NCBI GenBank assembly: GCA_963822445.1
Contig: CAWGHO010000002.1
Coordinates: 896,001-960,000 of the forward strand
DNA: 64,000 nucleotides
Direction: 5' to 3'
Source of the DNA: an uncultured Acidobacteriota bacterium
GTDB taxonomy: Bacteria; Acidobacteriota; Thermoanaerobaculia; Gp7-AA8
Shown here one piece after another: positions 39,825-47,941 of the stretch. Each line of letters starts with the position of its first letter. Position 1 is the first letter of the stretch. The notes beneath the pieces are model-generated. The model did no database searches. It saw only the letters and a program-made list of their open reading frames with translations, and had not been told where the DNA came from. The position numbers and the translations under genes are program-made.

Positions 39825-40541
39825 TCACTCTTCAATGCCGGCTTTGCGGATGGCGCGCAGGGCCACGCGGGTCACGAAAGCGGTCACGAGAATCGCCACG
39901 ACGACGCCGGCGATGTTGATGATCAGCCGGGTCGTGTCCATGTCCGCGGTGGCGGTGCGCGTGGCGGCGTCGGCGATGTAGACGAACGCGAGCGTGACCG
40001 GAATGATCCCGAAGAACGTGGCCACGATGTACGAGAGCAACCGCACGCCGGTGAGTCCGAAGGCGAAGTTGATGTAGGCGAAGGGAAAGATCGGGGCGAG
40101 GCGCACGAGGAAGACGATCTTCCCGCCTTCGCGGGCGATGGCCCGGTCCAGCGCGCGGAACTTGGCGTTGTTCGCGGCCATCGCTTCGATCTTCCGCCGC
40201 ATGATCGTGCGGCCGAGGAGGAAGGAAGCGGTCGCGCCGAGGGTCGCGCCGATGATCACCACGATCGCCCCTTCGACGAAGCCGAAGATCGCACCGGCGC
40301 CGATGGTCAACGGCGACGCGGGAAGGAACGTCACGCACACCACGACGTAGGCGAGGATGTAGACGAGGTAGCCGACCGGTCCGAGGTCTTTGACCCAGGC
40401 CTGGAACGTCTCGATCCATTGGCCGAGGGGGAGGAGGCGGACGGCGATGAAGAACGCGGCGATGAGGACGATCGCCAGGATGACTTTCAGCCAGGGGAAG
40501 GGCTTGCGCTCTGTGACTGCACTGTCAGGGGCTTCACTCAC
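39825..40541 (-). CDS. TVP38/TMEM64 (VTT/DedA-like) membrane protein
   Basis: LP.SPLTIGAGAIFG, GATLGATASFLLGR, RLAPIFPF...N. Confidence 0.9.
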   Translation of the reverse strand: MSEAPDSAVTERKPFPWLKVILAIVLIAAFFIAVRLLPLGQWIETFQAWVKDLGPVGYLVYILAYVVVCVTFLPASPLTIGAGAIFGFVEGAIVVIIGATLGATASFLLGRTIMRRKIEAMAANNAKFRALDRAIAREGGKIVFLVRLAPIFPFAYINFAFGLTGVRLLSYIVATFFGIIPVTLAFVYIADAATRTATADMDTTRLIINIAGVVVAILVTAFVTRVALRAIRKAGIEE

Positions 40542-40551
40542 TCCGTCGATT

Positions 40552-41655
40552 CTATTTGAAGGGGATCAACACCTTCTTCAGTGATTTCAGAAGCATCACG
40601 AACGCGCTGATGCCGCCGACGATCGCGCCGAGGAACAGACCGGCCACGCCGCCCGCGACGACTTTGATCAGGCCGCTGCCTTTCTTTGCCGGCGCTTTCG
40701 CGGAACTCTGCGCGTAAACCGGCGCCAGGCCGAGCGGTTGCCCGCCCGGCGTCGTCTGCTCCCTGGGACGGTCCTCCGGTTTCTTCGCCTGCGCGCGCGC
40801 TTCGCGCTTGGAGTTGTCGCCTTTCAGGCTTCCGTACGTGCGCGCGTAGACCTGGGTGTACTCCGCGCCGAAGAAGAGGATCTGCGCGGACCAATAGACC
40901 CAGATCAGCAGAATCACCAGCGATCCCGCCGCGCCGTACGCGGAGCCGACGGCGGCTTTGCCGAGGTAGATGCCCAGTCCGAACTTGCCGAGGACGAAGA
41001 GGAGCGACGTGAAGATCGCGCCCAGCCACACGTCGCGCCAAGCGATCTTCAGGTCGGGAAGGATGCGGAAGATCGCCGCGAAGAGCACGGTCACCACGGC
41101 GAACGAGAAGACCAGCTGGATCGCCTGCATCACCGCTTCGCCGCCGACGTAGGTCGTCAGGCGGCTGCCGACCGCGGAGATGCCCGCATCGATCACCAGC
41201 GTCACCAGGAGCAGGAAGCCGATGCCGAAGACCATGGCCATCGACAGGAAGCGTTCCTTGATCATCCCGGAGATGCCGGCCGCTTTCTTCTTCTCGACGT
41301 TCCAGATCGTGTTCAGGGCGTCCTTGAGCTGGCCGAAAACGCCCGAGGCGCCGAGGAGGAGGGTGACGATGCCGGCGATCATGGCGAGCTTGCCGCTCTT
41401 CGGTTTGTTCGCCGCCTCGACCATCTTTTCGAGGGAATCGGCCATCTGCGAGCCGAAGACCTTGCCAAGCTCATCGGAGATGCGGCCCTGTGCCGCTTCC
41501 TGTCCGAAGAAGATGCCGGCCATGGCCACGGCGATCAGGAGCAACGGCCCGACCGAGAAGATCGTGTAGTAGGCCAGCGCCGCGCCGAGCCGCGGGGCCT
41601 TGTCTTCGCCGAATTCCTTGAACGTTTCTTTGAAAAGGTCGATGGATCTCTTCAT
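40552..41655 (-). CDS. YihY/BrkB-family membrane protein
   Basis: D.APRLGAALAYYTIFS, LNTIW, YGAAGSL...L.WVY.SAQI.FFGAE; ATG 41655 in an ATGA overlap with the upstream gene. Confidence 0.9.
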   Translation of the reverse strand: MKRSIDLFKETFKEFGEDKAPRLGAALAYYTIFSVGPLLLIAVAMAGIFFGQEAAQGRISDELGKVFGSQMADSLEKMVEAANKPKSGKLAMIAGIVTLLLGASGVFGQLKDALNTIWNVEKKKAAGISGMIKERFLSMAMVFGIGFLLLVTLVIDAGISAVGSRLTTYVGGEAVMQAIQLVFSFAVVTVLFAAIFRILPDLKIAWRDVWLGAIFTSLLFVLGKFGLGIYLGKAAVGSAYGAAGSLVILLIWVYWSAQILFFGAEYTQVYARTYGSLKGDNSKREARAQAKKPEDRPREQTTPGGQPLGLAPVYAQSSAKAPAKKGSGLIKVVAGGVAGLFLGAIVGGISAFVMLLKSLKKVLIPFK

Positions 41656-42551
41656 TTCCCGCGCATCCACTGCACGCAGGATTCCAGCGCGCGGCGCATT
41701 TCACCGGCTGGCAGATGCACCGGCCGGCCGTGACCGGGGAGCACCCATTCGAAGGTGTAATCGAGCAGCCTTTCCATCGAGCGGATTTGCTCGGCCCACG
41801 AGTACCAGCACGCACTGCGGAAGGCGTACAGGTGGCCGCGATTCTGCGTCTCGGCAGCCGCACGTCCGTTCTGCGGAGCAACCAGCGCTGCCGGCCGTGC
41901 CGGCCTCCAGGCGAGGTGGTCGCCGGTGAAGAGGAACTCGTTCCGGTAGAGGAACACGGCGTGGCCCTTCGTGTGGCCGGGCGTGGGGATCATCACGATC
42001 TCGTCGCCGAGATCGATCGGATCGAGACCGCCGGGCATGTGCTCGAACTGCCGTCCGCGCGCATCGTCGCGATGGAGCACGCGCTCGCAGCCGAAGTGCT
42101 CGCGGAACTTGGCGTGATCGGCGATGTCGTCCTGGTGGGTGAGCAGCATGCGGCGAACGCCATCGAGCCGCTTGACCAACGGTCCCGCGAAACGGGGCGA
42201 GTCGATCAGGATCTGCGAGCCGCGCAGGTAATAGCTGATCGCGCCGAACGAGCTTTCGGCGGCGTAGCCACAACGGTAGACGTCAGCCGCGATGAGCTCG
42301 GGAAGCGCATCGATTGCGGCCCGGGCACCGGTCGCGGATCCGATGGACGACGTGGGACAGGAGATCAGCGCCTTCTGCGCCGCGAGAAGCTCCTCGGCGC
42401 TTTCCGGCTGATGGAAGACGAAGGATTGATCGGCGGCGTCGCTGAATACGGCCGGTGCGAAGACGCGGCAGGCATCGCAATCGATGCAGGTCGAGTCGAC
42501 GTAGAAATCGCCGGGAACGTTAGCGTCGAGTCTGAGTGCCGGTTCGGCCAT
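41652..42551 (-). CDS. MBL-fold metallo-hydrolase with an N-terminal ferredoxin domain
   Basis: CIDCDAC...CP Fe-S motif; THQDDIADH, TPGHTKGH, FTGDH, LPGHG. Confidence 0.88.
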   Translation of the reverse strand: MAEPALRLDANVPGDFYVDSTCIDCDACRVFAPAVFSDAADQSFVFHQPESAEELLAAQKALISCPTSSIGSATGARAAIDALPELIAADVYRCGYAAESSFGAISYYLRGSQILIDSPRFAGPLVKRLDGVRRMLLTHQDDIADHAKFREHFGCERVLHRDDARGRQFEHMPGGLDPIDLGDEIVMIPTPGHTKGHAVFLYRNEFLFTGDHLAWRPARPAALVAPQNGRAAAETQNRGHLYAFRSACWYSWAEQIRSMERLLDYTFEWVLPGHGRPVHLPAGEMRRALESCVQWMRGK

Positions 42552-43602
42552 TGTCGGAGGAAGCGATCATCTGCTCGATCTCCTTCAACCGCACCTTCTT
42601 CGCCGTCTGTTCCGAGGACATCCAGCGGATCGTCCCGAAGATCGGCCGCTCCGGCGCCCAGGGCCGGTCGTGCTTGCCGAAACACCAGAGAACTCCGGCG
42701 TGCGTGTTGGGATCGATGGCGTCGTGCGCGTAGAGCTCGTGCAGCTTCACCATCGCCGCGTGCGCCTCTTCGGGCGTTTCGCTCCACTCGATGATCTTCT
42801 TGCCCCAGAGCATGCGCAGGTAGCCGTGTATCGTTCCGCAGGTCACGAGCTGGCGCTGGGCGAGATTCCAGACTTCATCGTGCGTCGCGGCGCGCTCGAG
42901 CTCTTCGAAGGTGTAGGTCGGCTTCCGTCGATCGCCGCGATGTTTATCGAGGGTCTGTTTCGCCCAATTCGGCAGCGCCTCGAGCGATGCGTACTGCGGG
43001 TTGTAAAAGCAGAGGTTGAAGGACAGCTCGCGGCGGATGATCAGCTGTTCCAGAAAGGCGTCGATGTCTTCCTCCGCCGCATCGCTCCGCAGCACGGCCT
43101 CGGCGATCGCGCGCGTGGCGATCTCTCCGCGATGAATCGCAGGCGAGAGACCGCTCACGTACCGCGGCGATTTGTTGTGCATCTCCGCGTTGCCGTCGAG
43201 AAACCCGAGATCGATGTCCGCCGGCTCCGAATCGGTCCAGAACTGCTCGAACAGCCGAAAGGCGCGGTCGCGGAAGAACTTCGCCGAATACTGCTCTTTC
43301 TCCATGGCCCGCATCGGCAGGATGCCGTTGCTGTCGACTAGGTGCGTGACGTGCGGAGGCGGCGGCAACGTCGGGATCTCGTCGGTGACCACGAAACGCG
43401 CACGGCGGAGGTCGTTCAGATCCTCGGTAACGGGCAATCCGAACGACTCGGCGAATGCCAGCGCCGGCCGCCGGGCCGAGCGCACGTGATACACAATGCG
43501 GTCGCCGCGCGGGTTGCCTTCGCCGATCTGGGTGACGCGCAACGCGAAGGGGTCCGCGCCGCCCCGCAAACGCCGTAACGAGAGGAAGGAATGGGGCGGC
43601 AA
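42520..43602 (-). CDS. phr: Class II CPD photolyase-like protein, unusually short (360 aa)
   Basis: SGLSP..H.G.I, FLEQLIIRREL..N, THD.VWN.AQ, HGYLRMLWGKKIIEW, DPN..AG..W.FG.HDRPW.ERPIFG.IR.M. Confidence 0.85.
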   Translation of the reverse strand: MPPHSFLSLRRLRGGADPFALRVTQIGEGNPRGDRIVYHVRSARRPALAFAESFGLPVTEDLNDLRRARFVVTDEIPTLPPPPHVTHLVDSNGILPMRAMEKEQYSAKFFRDRAFRLFEQFWTDSEPADIDLGFLDGNAEMHNKSPRYVSGLSPAIHRGEIATRAIAEAVLRSDAAEEDIDAFLEQLIIRRELSFNLCFYNPQYASLEALPNWAKQTLDKHRGDRRKPTYTFEELERAATHDEVWNLAQRQLVTCGTIHGYLRMLWGKKIIEWSETPEEAHAAMVKLHELYAHDAIDPNTHAGVLWCFGKHDRPWAPERPIFGTIRWMSSEQTAKKVRLKEIEQMIASSDNGRTGTQTRR

Positions 43603-43625
43603 GGGCGGGCATTCTAGGTCAAGCC

Positions 43626-44966
43626 ATGTTCGATAACTTGCAGGACAAGATGGACCGGGTCTTCAAGACCCTCCGCGGTGAAGCCACCCTCAACGAGTGG
43701 CACATCGACAACGCTCTGAAGGAAATCCGCGTCGCCCTGCTCGAGGCCGACGTCCACTTCAAGACCGTCAAAGAGTTCACCAACCGCGTTCGCGAGAAAG
43801 CGGTCGGCGAAGACGTCCTCACCGCCTTCTCCCCCGCCCAGCAGGTCACCAAGATCGTCCGCGACGAGCTGCAGACGCTCCTCGGCGGCAACGAAGTGGG
43901 CCTGGCCCTCGTCGGCAGCCCGGCGGTGATTATGATGGTCGGCCTGCAGGGCTCCGGTAAGACCACGACCTCCGGCAAGCTGGCCCTGCACCTCAAGAAC
44001 CGCGGCCGACGTCCGCTGCTCGTCCCCTGCGACGTCTACCGCCCCGCGGCAATCGACCAGCTCCGCATCGTCGCGAACAACGTCAAAGTCCCCTTCTACG
44101 AGCTCGGCGACAACCGCAATCCGCTGGAGATCGCCCGCAAGGCCCTGGCCGAGGCCAAGACCCTGCTGTACGACACGGTCATCCTCGACACCGCCGGCCG
44201 CCTGCACATCGACGACGAGCTGATGCAGGAGCTGCAGACCATCAAGAACGACGCGCGGCCGAGCGAGATCCTCTTCGTCGCCGACGCGATGACCGGGCAG
44301 GACGCGGTCAAGTCCGCGAAAGAATTCGACGACCGCCTCGGCGTCACCGGCATCGTCCTGACCAAGCTCGACGGCGACGCCCGCGGCGGCGCGGCGCTGT
44401 CGATCAAATCCGTCGTCAACCGCCCCATCAAATTCGTCGGCGTCGGTGAAAAGTACGTCGACCTCGACGTCTTCTATCCCGAGCGCATGGCCCAGCGCAT
44501 CCTAGGCATGGGCGACGTCCTCTCTCTGATCGAGAAGGTCGAGGCCGAGGTCGACAAGAAAGAAGCGGCTCGCCTTGCTGAGAGGGTTGCCAAGGACAAG
44601 TTCACCCTCGAAGACCTCCGTTCCCAGCTCCAGCAAGTCAAGAAGATGGGCCCGCTGTCTTCGCTGGTGGGGATGATCCCCGGCGCGGGCAAGATCAATG
44701 AGGACGAGATCGACGAGGGGGCCATCGTCCGGATGCAGGCCATCCTCGACTCGATGACCAAGAAAGAGCGGGAGTTCCCTCAGCTGCTGAACGGCCACCG
44801 CAAAAAGCGGATCGCCAAGGGCTCGGGAACGTCGGTCCAGGAGATCAACCGCCTCCTCAAGCAGTACCTGCAGATGAAGAAGATGATGAAGACCTTCTCG
44901 AAGGGCTTCGGGGCCCGGAAGTTCGGGAAAATGATGAAGGGTTTGCCCCCGGAATTCTTGCAGTAG
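43626..44966 (+). CDS. ffh: Signal recognition particle protein
   Basis: GLQGSGKTT, DTAGR, TKLDGDARGG, RILGMGD, Met-rich M domain. Confidence 0.98.
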   Translation: MFDNLQDKMDRVFKTLRGEATLNEWHIDNALKEIRVALLEADVHFKTVKEFTNRVREKAVGEDVLTAFSPAQQVTKIVRDELQTLLGGNEVGLALVGSPAVIMMVGLQGSGKTTTSGKLALHLKNRGRRPLLVPCDVYRPAAIDQLRIVANNVKVPFYELGDNRNPLEIARKALAEAKTLLYDTVILDTAGRLHIDDELMQELQTIKNDARPSEILFVADAMTGQDAVKSAKEFDDRLGVTGIVLTKLDGDARGGAALSIKSVVNRPIKFVGVGEKYVDLDVFYPERMAQRILGMGDVLSLIEKVEAEVDKKEAARLAERVAKDKFTLEDLRSQLQQVKKMGPLSSLVGMIPGAGKINEDEIDEGAIVRMQAILDSMTKKEREFPQLLNGHRKKRIAKGSGTSVQEINRLLKQYLQMKKMMKTFSKGFGARKFGKMMKGLPPEFLQ

Positions 44967-45017
44967 GGCAGATGTTCGGCCCCTCCGCAGCAATAAATTC
45001 AAGGAGTTACTGAACAC

Positions 45018-45257
45018 ATGTTGAAGATTCGCTTGCGCCGCGGTGGAGCCACTCACGCGCCGTTCTACCGCATCGTGGTCTCGGATTCGCTCAAGACGCC
45101 CGCCGCGGCGACGCTCGAGCAGATCGGCCACTACGACCCGAAGAAGAACCCGGCCGACGTGAAGATCGACCGTGCCCGCGTCGACTACTGGGTGTCGAAA
45201 GGCGCGCAGCTCTCGCCCACCGTCAAGTCACTGCTCAAGAAGTACAAAGAGCAGTAG
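45018..45257 (+). CDS. rpsP: 30S ribosomal protein S16
   Basis: MLKIRLRR.G....PFYRIVV.DS...G.YDP...W...GAQ.S; AAGGAG Shine-Dalgarno. Confidence 0.97.
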   Translation: MLKIRLRRGGATHAPFYRIVVSDSLKTPAAATLEQIGHYDPKKNPADVKIDRARVDYWVSKGAQLSPTVKSLLKKYKEQ

Positions 45258-45263
45258 GCCGTC

Positions 45264-45494
45264 ATGAAAGACCTGGTCGAGTTCGTGGCCAAGTCCCTCG
45301 TCGACAATCCGGACGAGGTGCGGCTCCGCACGTACGAGCGCGATCAGCAGACCGTGATCGAGCTCGAAGTCGCTCCCGACGATCTCGGCAAGGTGATTGG
45401 CCGCCAGGGCCGCACCGCCCGGGCCATCCGCACCCTCCTCGGCGCCGCCGGACAGAAATCGCGACGGCGCTACATGCTCGACATCGTTGATTAG
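45264..45494 (+). CDS. khpA: KH-domain RNA-binding protein
   Basis: DLGKVIGRQGRTARAIR; conserved position between rpsP and rimM. Confidence 0.93.
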   Translation: MKDLVEFVAKSLVDNPDEVRLRTYERDQQTVIELEVAPDDLGKVIGRQGRTARAIRTLLGAAGQKSRRRYMLDIVD

Positions 45495-45496
45495 CG

Positions 45497-46030
45497 ATGT
45501 CTAACCGCATCGCCATCGGCGTGATCCGCAAGGCGCACGGCGTGCGCGGCGAAGCGAGCATCGAGCCGTGGACCGATTCGCCGGACCGCTTCACCGAGCT
45601 CGAATCGATCGCCCTCGTTTCCCCGGATGAGTCGGCGGTCCGCGAGGTCCGCATCGAGAGCGTTCGCATCCACGGCGAGCGCGCGCTCATCAAGTTCGCC
45701 GGTGTCGAGACGCCCGAGGAAGTGCAGAAGCTGCACAACTGGACGATCGAAATTCCGGAGGATGAGGCCCGCGCGCTCGAGGAAGACGAGTACTTCCTCC
45801 ACGACCTGGTCGGCCTGACCCTGTTTGATCCGCAGGGCAAAGAGCGCGGCGTCGTCACCGACGTCTACGAAGGCGGCGGGGGCATGCTCCTCAACGTGAA
45901 GCGCGCGGACGGACGGGAGTTCGAGCTGCCCTTCGCGGCCCAGCTCTGCACCGAGATCGATCTGGAGAAGAAGCGGATGGTCGTGGAGCTGCCTGAAGGC
46001 CTGGACGACCTCGATGCCGTTACGGATTGA
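45497..46030 (+). CDS. rimM: 16S rRNA processing protein
   Basis: IG.I.KAHGVRGE, EDEYF.HDLVG, PRC barrel; synteny. Confidence 0.95.
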   Translation: MSNRIAIGVIRKAHGVRGEASIEPWTDSPDRFTELESIALVSPDESAVREVRIESVRIHGERALIKFAGVETPEEVQKLHNWTIEIPEDEARALEEDEYFLHDLVGLTLFDPQGKERGVVTDVYEGGGGMLLNVKRADGREFELPFAAQLCTEIDLEKKRMVVELPEGLDDLDAVTD

Positions 46031-46784
46031 TTTCGTCACCATCTTCCCGAAGATGTTCGAGCCGCTGCTGGCCGAGGGGGTCATCGCCCGCGGTGTGAAG
46101 CAGGGGCTGCTCGATATCCAGGTCTGGGACCTGCGCGACTTCGCCGCCGACAAACATCGCTCGACGGATGACGAGGCGTATGGCGGCGGGCCAGGGATGG
46201 TGATGCTGGGGGAGCCGGTGTTTCGGGCGGTTGAGGCCGTAGAGCAGACACTCTTGTCTGCTGAAGACCGAGCAGACAAGAGTGTCTGCTCTACGCCGCA
46301 TCTGGTCATGACCTCCCCCCAAGGCCGCAAGTTCACCCAATCCGTCGCTCTCGAGCTTCGCGACAAGCAGCATGTCGTTTTCCTGTGCGGCCGCTACGAG
46401 GGCTTCGACCATCGCGTGCATGAAGCCCTGCGGCCCGACGAGATCTCCATCGGCGACTTCGTCGTCTCCGGCGGCGAGCTGCCGGCCATGCTCATGGCCG
46501 ATGCGATGGGGCGGCTGGTCGAAGGGGTGGTGGGCAACAACAGCTCCGTCGAGGAAGACTCCTTCTTCAAAGGCCTGCTCGATTACCCCCACTACACCCG
46601 CCCGGAAACGCTCCGGGGAATGCGCATCCCGGAGATCCTCCTTTCCGGGCATCACGAGAACATCCGCAAGTGGCGGAAGGAGCAGTCTCTGAAGGCCACG
46701 CTGGAGAAGCGGCCTGATCTTCTGGAGACCGCGGAGCTCGACTCCGAGGCCCGGGAAATTCTTCGGAAGCTCGGCAAGTTCTAG
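46014..46784 (+). CDS. trmD: tRNA (guanine37-N1)-methyltransferase containing an in-frame palindromic insert
   Basis: [46 protein letters not shown]. Confidence 0.97.
   Translation: MPLRIDFVTIFPKMFEPLLAEGVIARGVKQGLLDIQVWDLRDFAADKHRSTDDEAYGGGPGMVMLGEPVFRAVEAVEQTLLSAEDRADKSVCSTPHLVMTSPQGRKFTQSVALELRDKQHVVFLCGRYEGFDHRVHEALRPDEISIGDFVVSGGELPAMLMADAMGRLVEGVVGNNSSVEEDSFFKGLLDYPHYTRPETLRGMRIPEILLSGHHENIRKWRKEQSLKATLEKRPDLLETAELDSEAREILRKLGKF
46238..46295. repeat. REP-like palindromic doublet, family C, inside trmD
   Basis: Perfect 25-bp inverted repeat CGTAGAGCAGACACTCTTGTCTGCT / AGCAGACAAGAGTGTCTGCTCTACG with an 8-nt spacer; GTAG end motif. Confidence 0.92.
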
Positions 46785-46884
46785 CCCGAGCCGCACCGGA
46801 AGTTCTTCTGCGGCAAAGCCTTGCAATACCGATCAAAATCGGCGATCCTTCACGGCTCGCTTTCAGGAAATTGGAGTTACGTCA

Positions 46885-47241
46885 ATGGCTGCTGACATCA
46901 TGAAGCTCGTCGAGTCGCAGGAGATCAAGCGCACGGACATCCCCGCGTTTGCCCCCGGCGACACCATCAAGGTCCACGTGAAGGTCAAGGAAGGCGACAA
47001 AGAGCGCATCCAGATCTTCCAGGGGCTGGTGATCTCCCGCCGTGGCGGCGGTACGCGCCAGATGTTCACCGTCCGCAAGGTATCCGGCGGCGTCGGTGTG
47101 GAGCGCATGTTCCCGCTCTATTCGCCTACCATCGATAAAATCGAGGTCGAACGCCATGGCCGGGTCCGTCGCGCGAAGCTCTACTACCTCCGGGATCTCC
47201 GCGGAAAAGCCGCGCGCATCGAAGAAAAGCGTCCGCGTTAA
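46885..47241 (+). CDS. rplS: 50S ribosomal protein L19
   Basis: P.F.PGDT..V.V...[29 protein letters not shown]. Confidence 0.98.
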   Translation: MAADIMKLVESQEIKRTDIPAFAPGDTIKVHVKVKEGDKERIQIFQGLVISRRGGGTRQMFTVRKVSGGVGVERMFPLYSPTIDKIEVERHGRVRRAKLYYLRDLRGKAARIEEKRPR

Positions 47242-47302
47242 GCGAACCCCAGACGAAAAACTGCACGACTCCCTGTTCGCGGAGCTCGCGCGCGTCGCCG
47301 AG

Positions 47303-47941
47303 ATGTCGGTCGTCGAGCGCAGGCTCCGCGATTTTGGTTTCCGGGCAATCGCCGGCACCGATGAAGTGGGCCGCGGCTGTCTGGCCGGCCCCGTCGTCGC
47401 CGCGTGCGTGATTCTCGATCACGATCCCACGCTGGTCGGCGTGAACGACTCCAAGCTCGTCGATCACGACCATCGCATCGCCGCCTGCCGGCTGGTGCTG
47501 TCGCGCGCACGCGCCGTTTCCATCGGCGTCGTCGAAGCGACGACCATCGATCGCATCAACATCCTTCGCGCCAGCAAGCTGGCCATGCTCCAGGCCATCG
47601 ACGATCTCGCCATTCGTCCGGACGTATTGCTCCTCGACGCGGTGCTGCTCGAATCGCTGGAGATGCCGCAGATTCCGCTGATTCAAGGCGATCAGCGAAG
47701 TGTCTCCATCGCCGCGGCTTCCATCGTCGCGAAGGTCTATCGCGATTTCCTGATGGAGTCGTATCATGCGCAATACCCCGTTTACGGTTTCAAGCATCAC
47801 AGGGGATACGCGACGGAAGAGCATCAGGCCGCACTGAAGCTGTACGGCCCTAGTCCGATCCATCGCAAGTCGTTCGAAGGGGTGGAGGAGCCGAGGCTGC
47901 TTTTCGGCATGAGCGGAGAAGATGGCGGTTCAACGCGATAA
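47303..47941 (+). CDS. rnhB: Ribonuclease HII
   Basis: [47 protein letters not shown]. The start may lie further upstream. Confidence 0.94.
   Translation: MSVVERRLRDFGFRAIAGTDEVGRGCLAGPVVAACVILDHDPTLVGVNDSKLVDHDHRIAACRLVLSRARAVSIGVVEATTIDRINILRASKLAMLQAIDDLAIRPDVLLLDAVLLESLEMPQIPLIQGDQRSVSIAAASIVAKVYRDFLMESYHAQYPVYGFKHHRGYATEEHQAALKLYGPSPIHRKSFEGVEEPRLLFGMSGEDGGSTR

Noticed and set aside
44967-45017. SRP RNA or tRNA near ffh and the ribosomal genes
   Set aside because: Intergenic gaps are too short, and I could not find a cloverleaf, TTCGA T-loop context or SRP domain IV motif.
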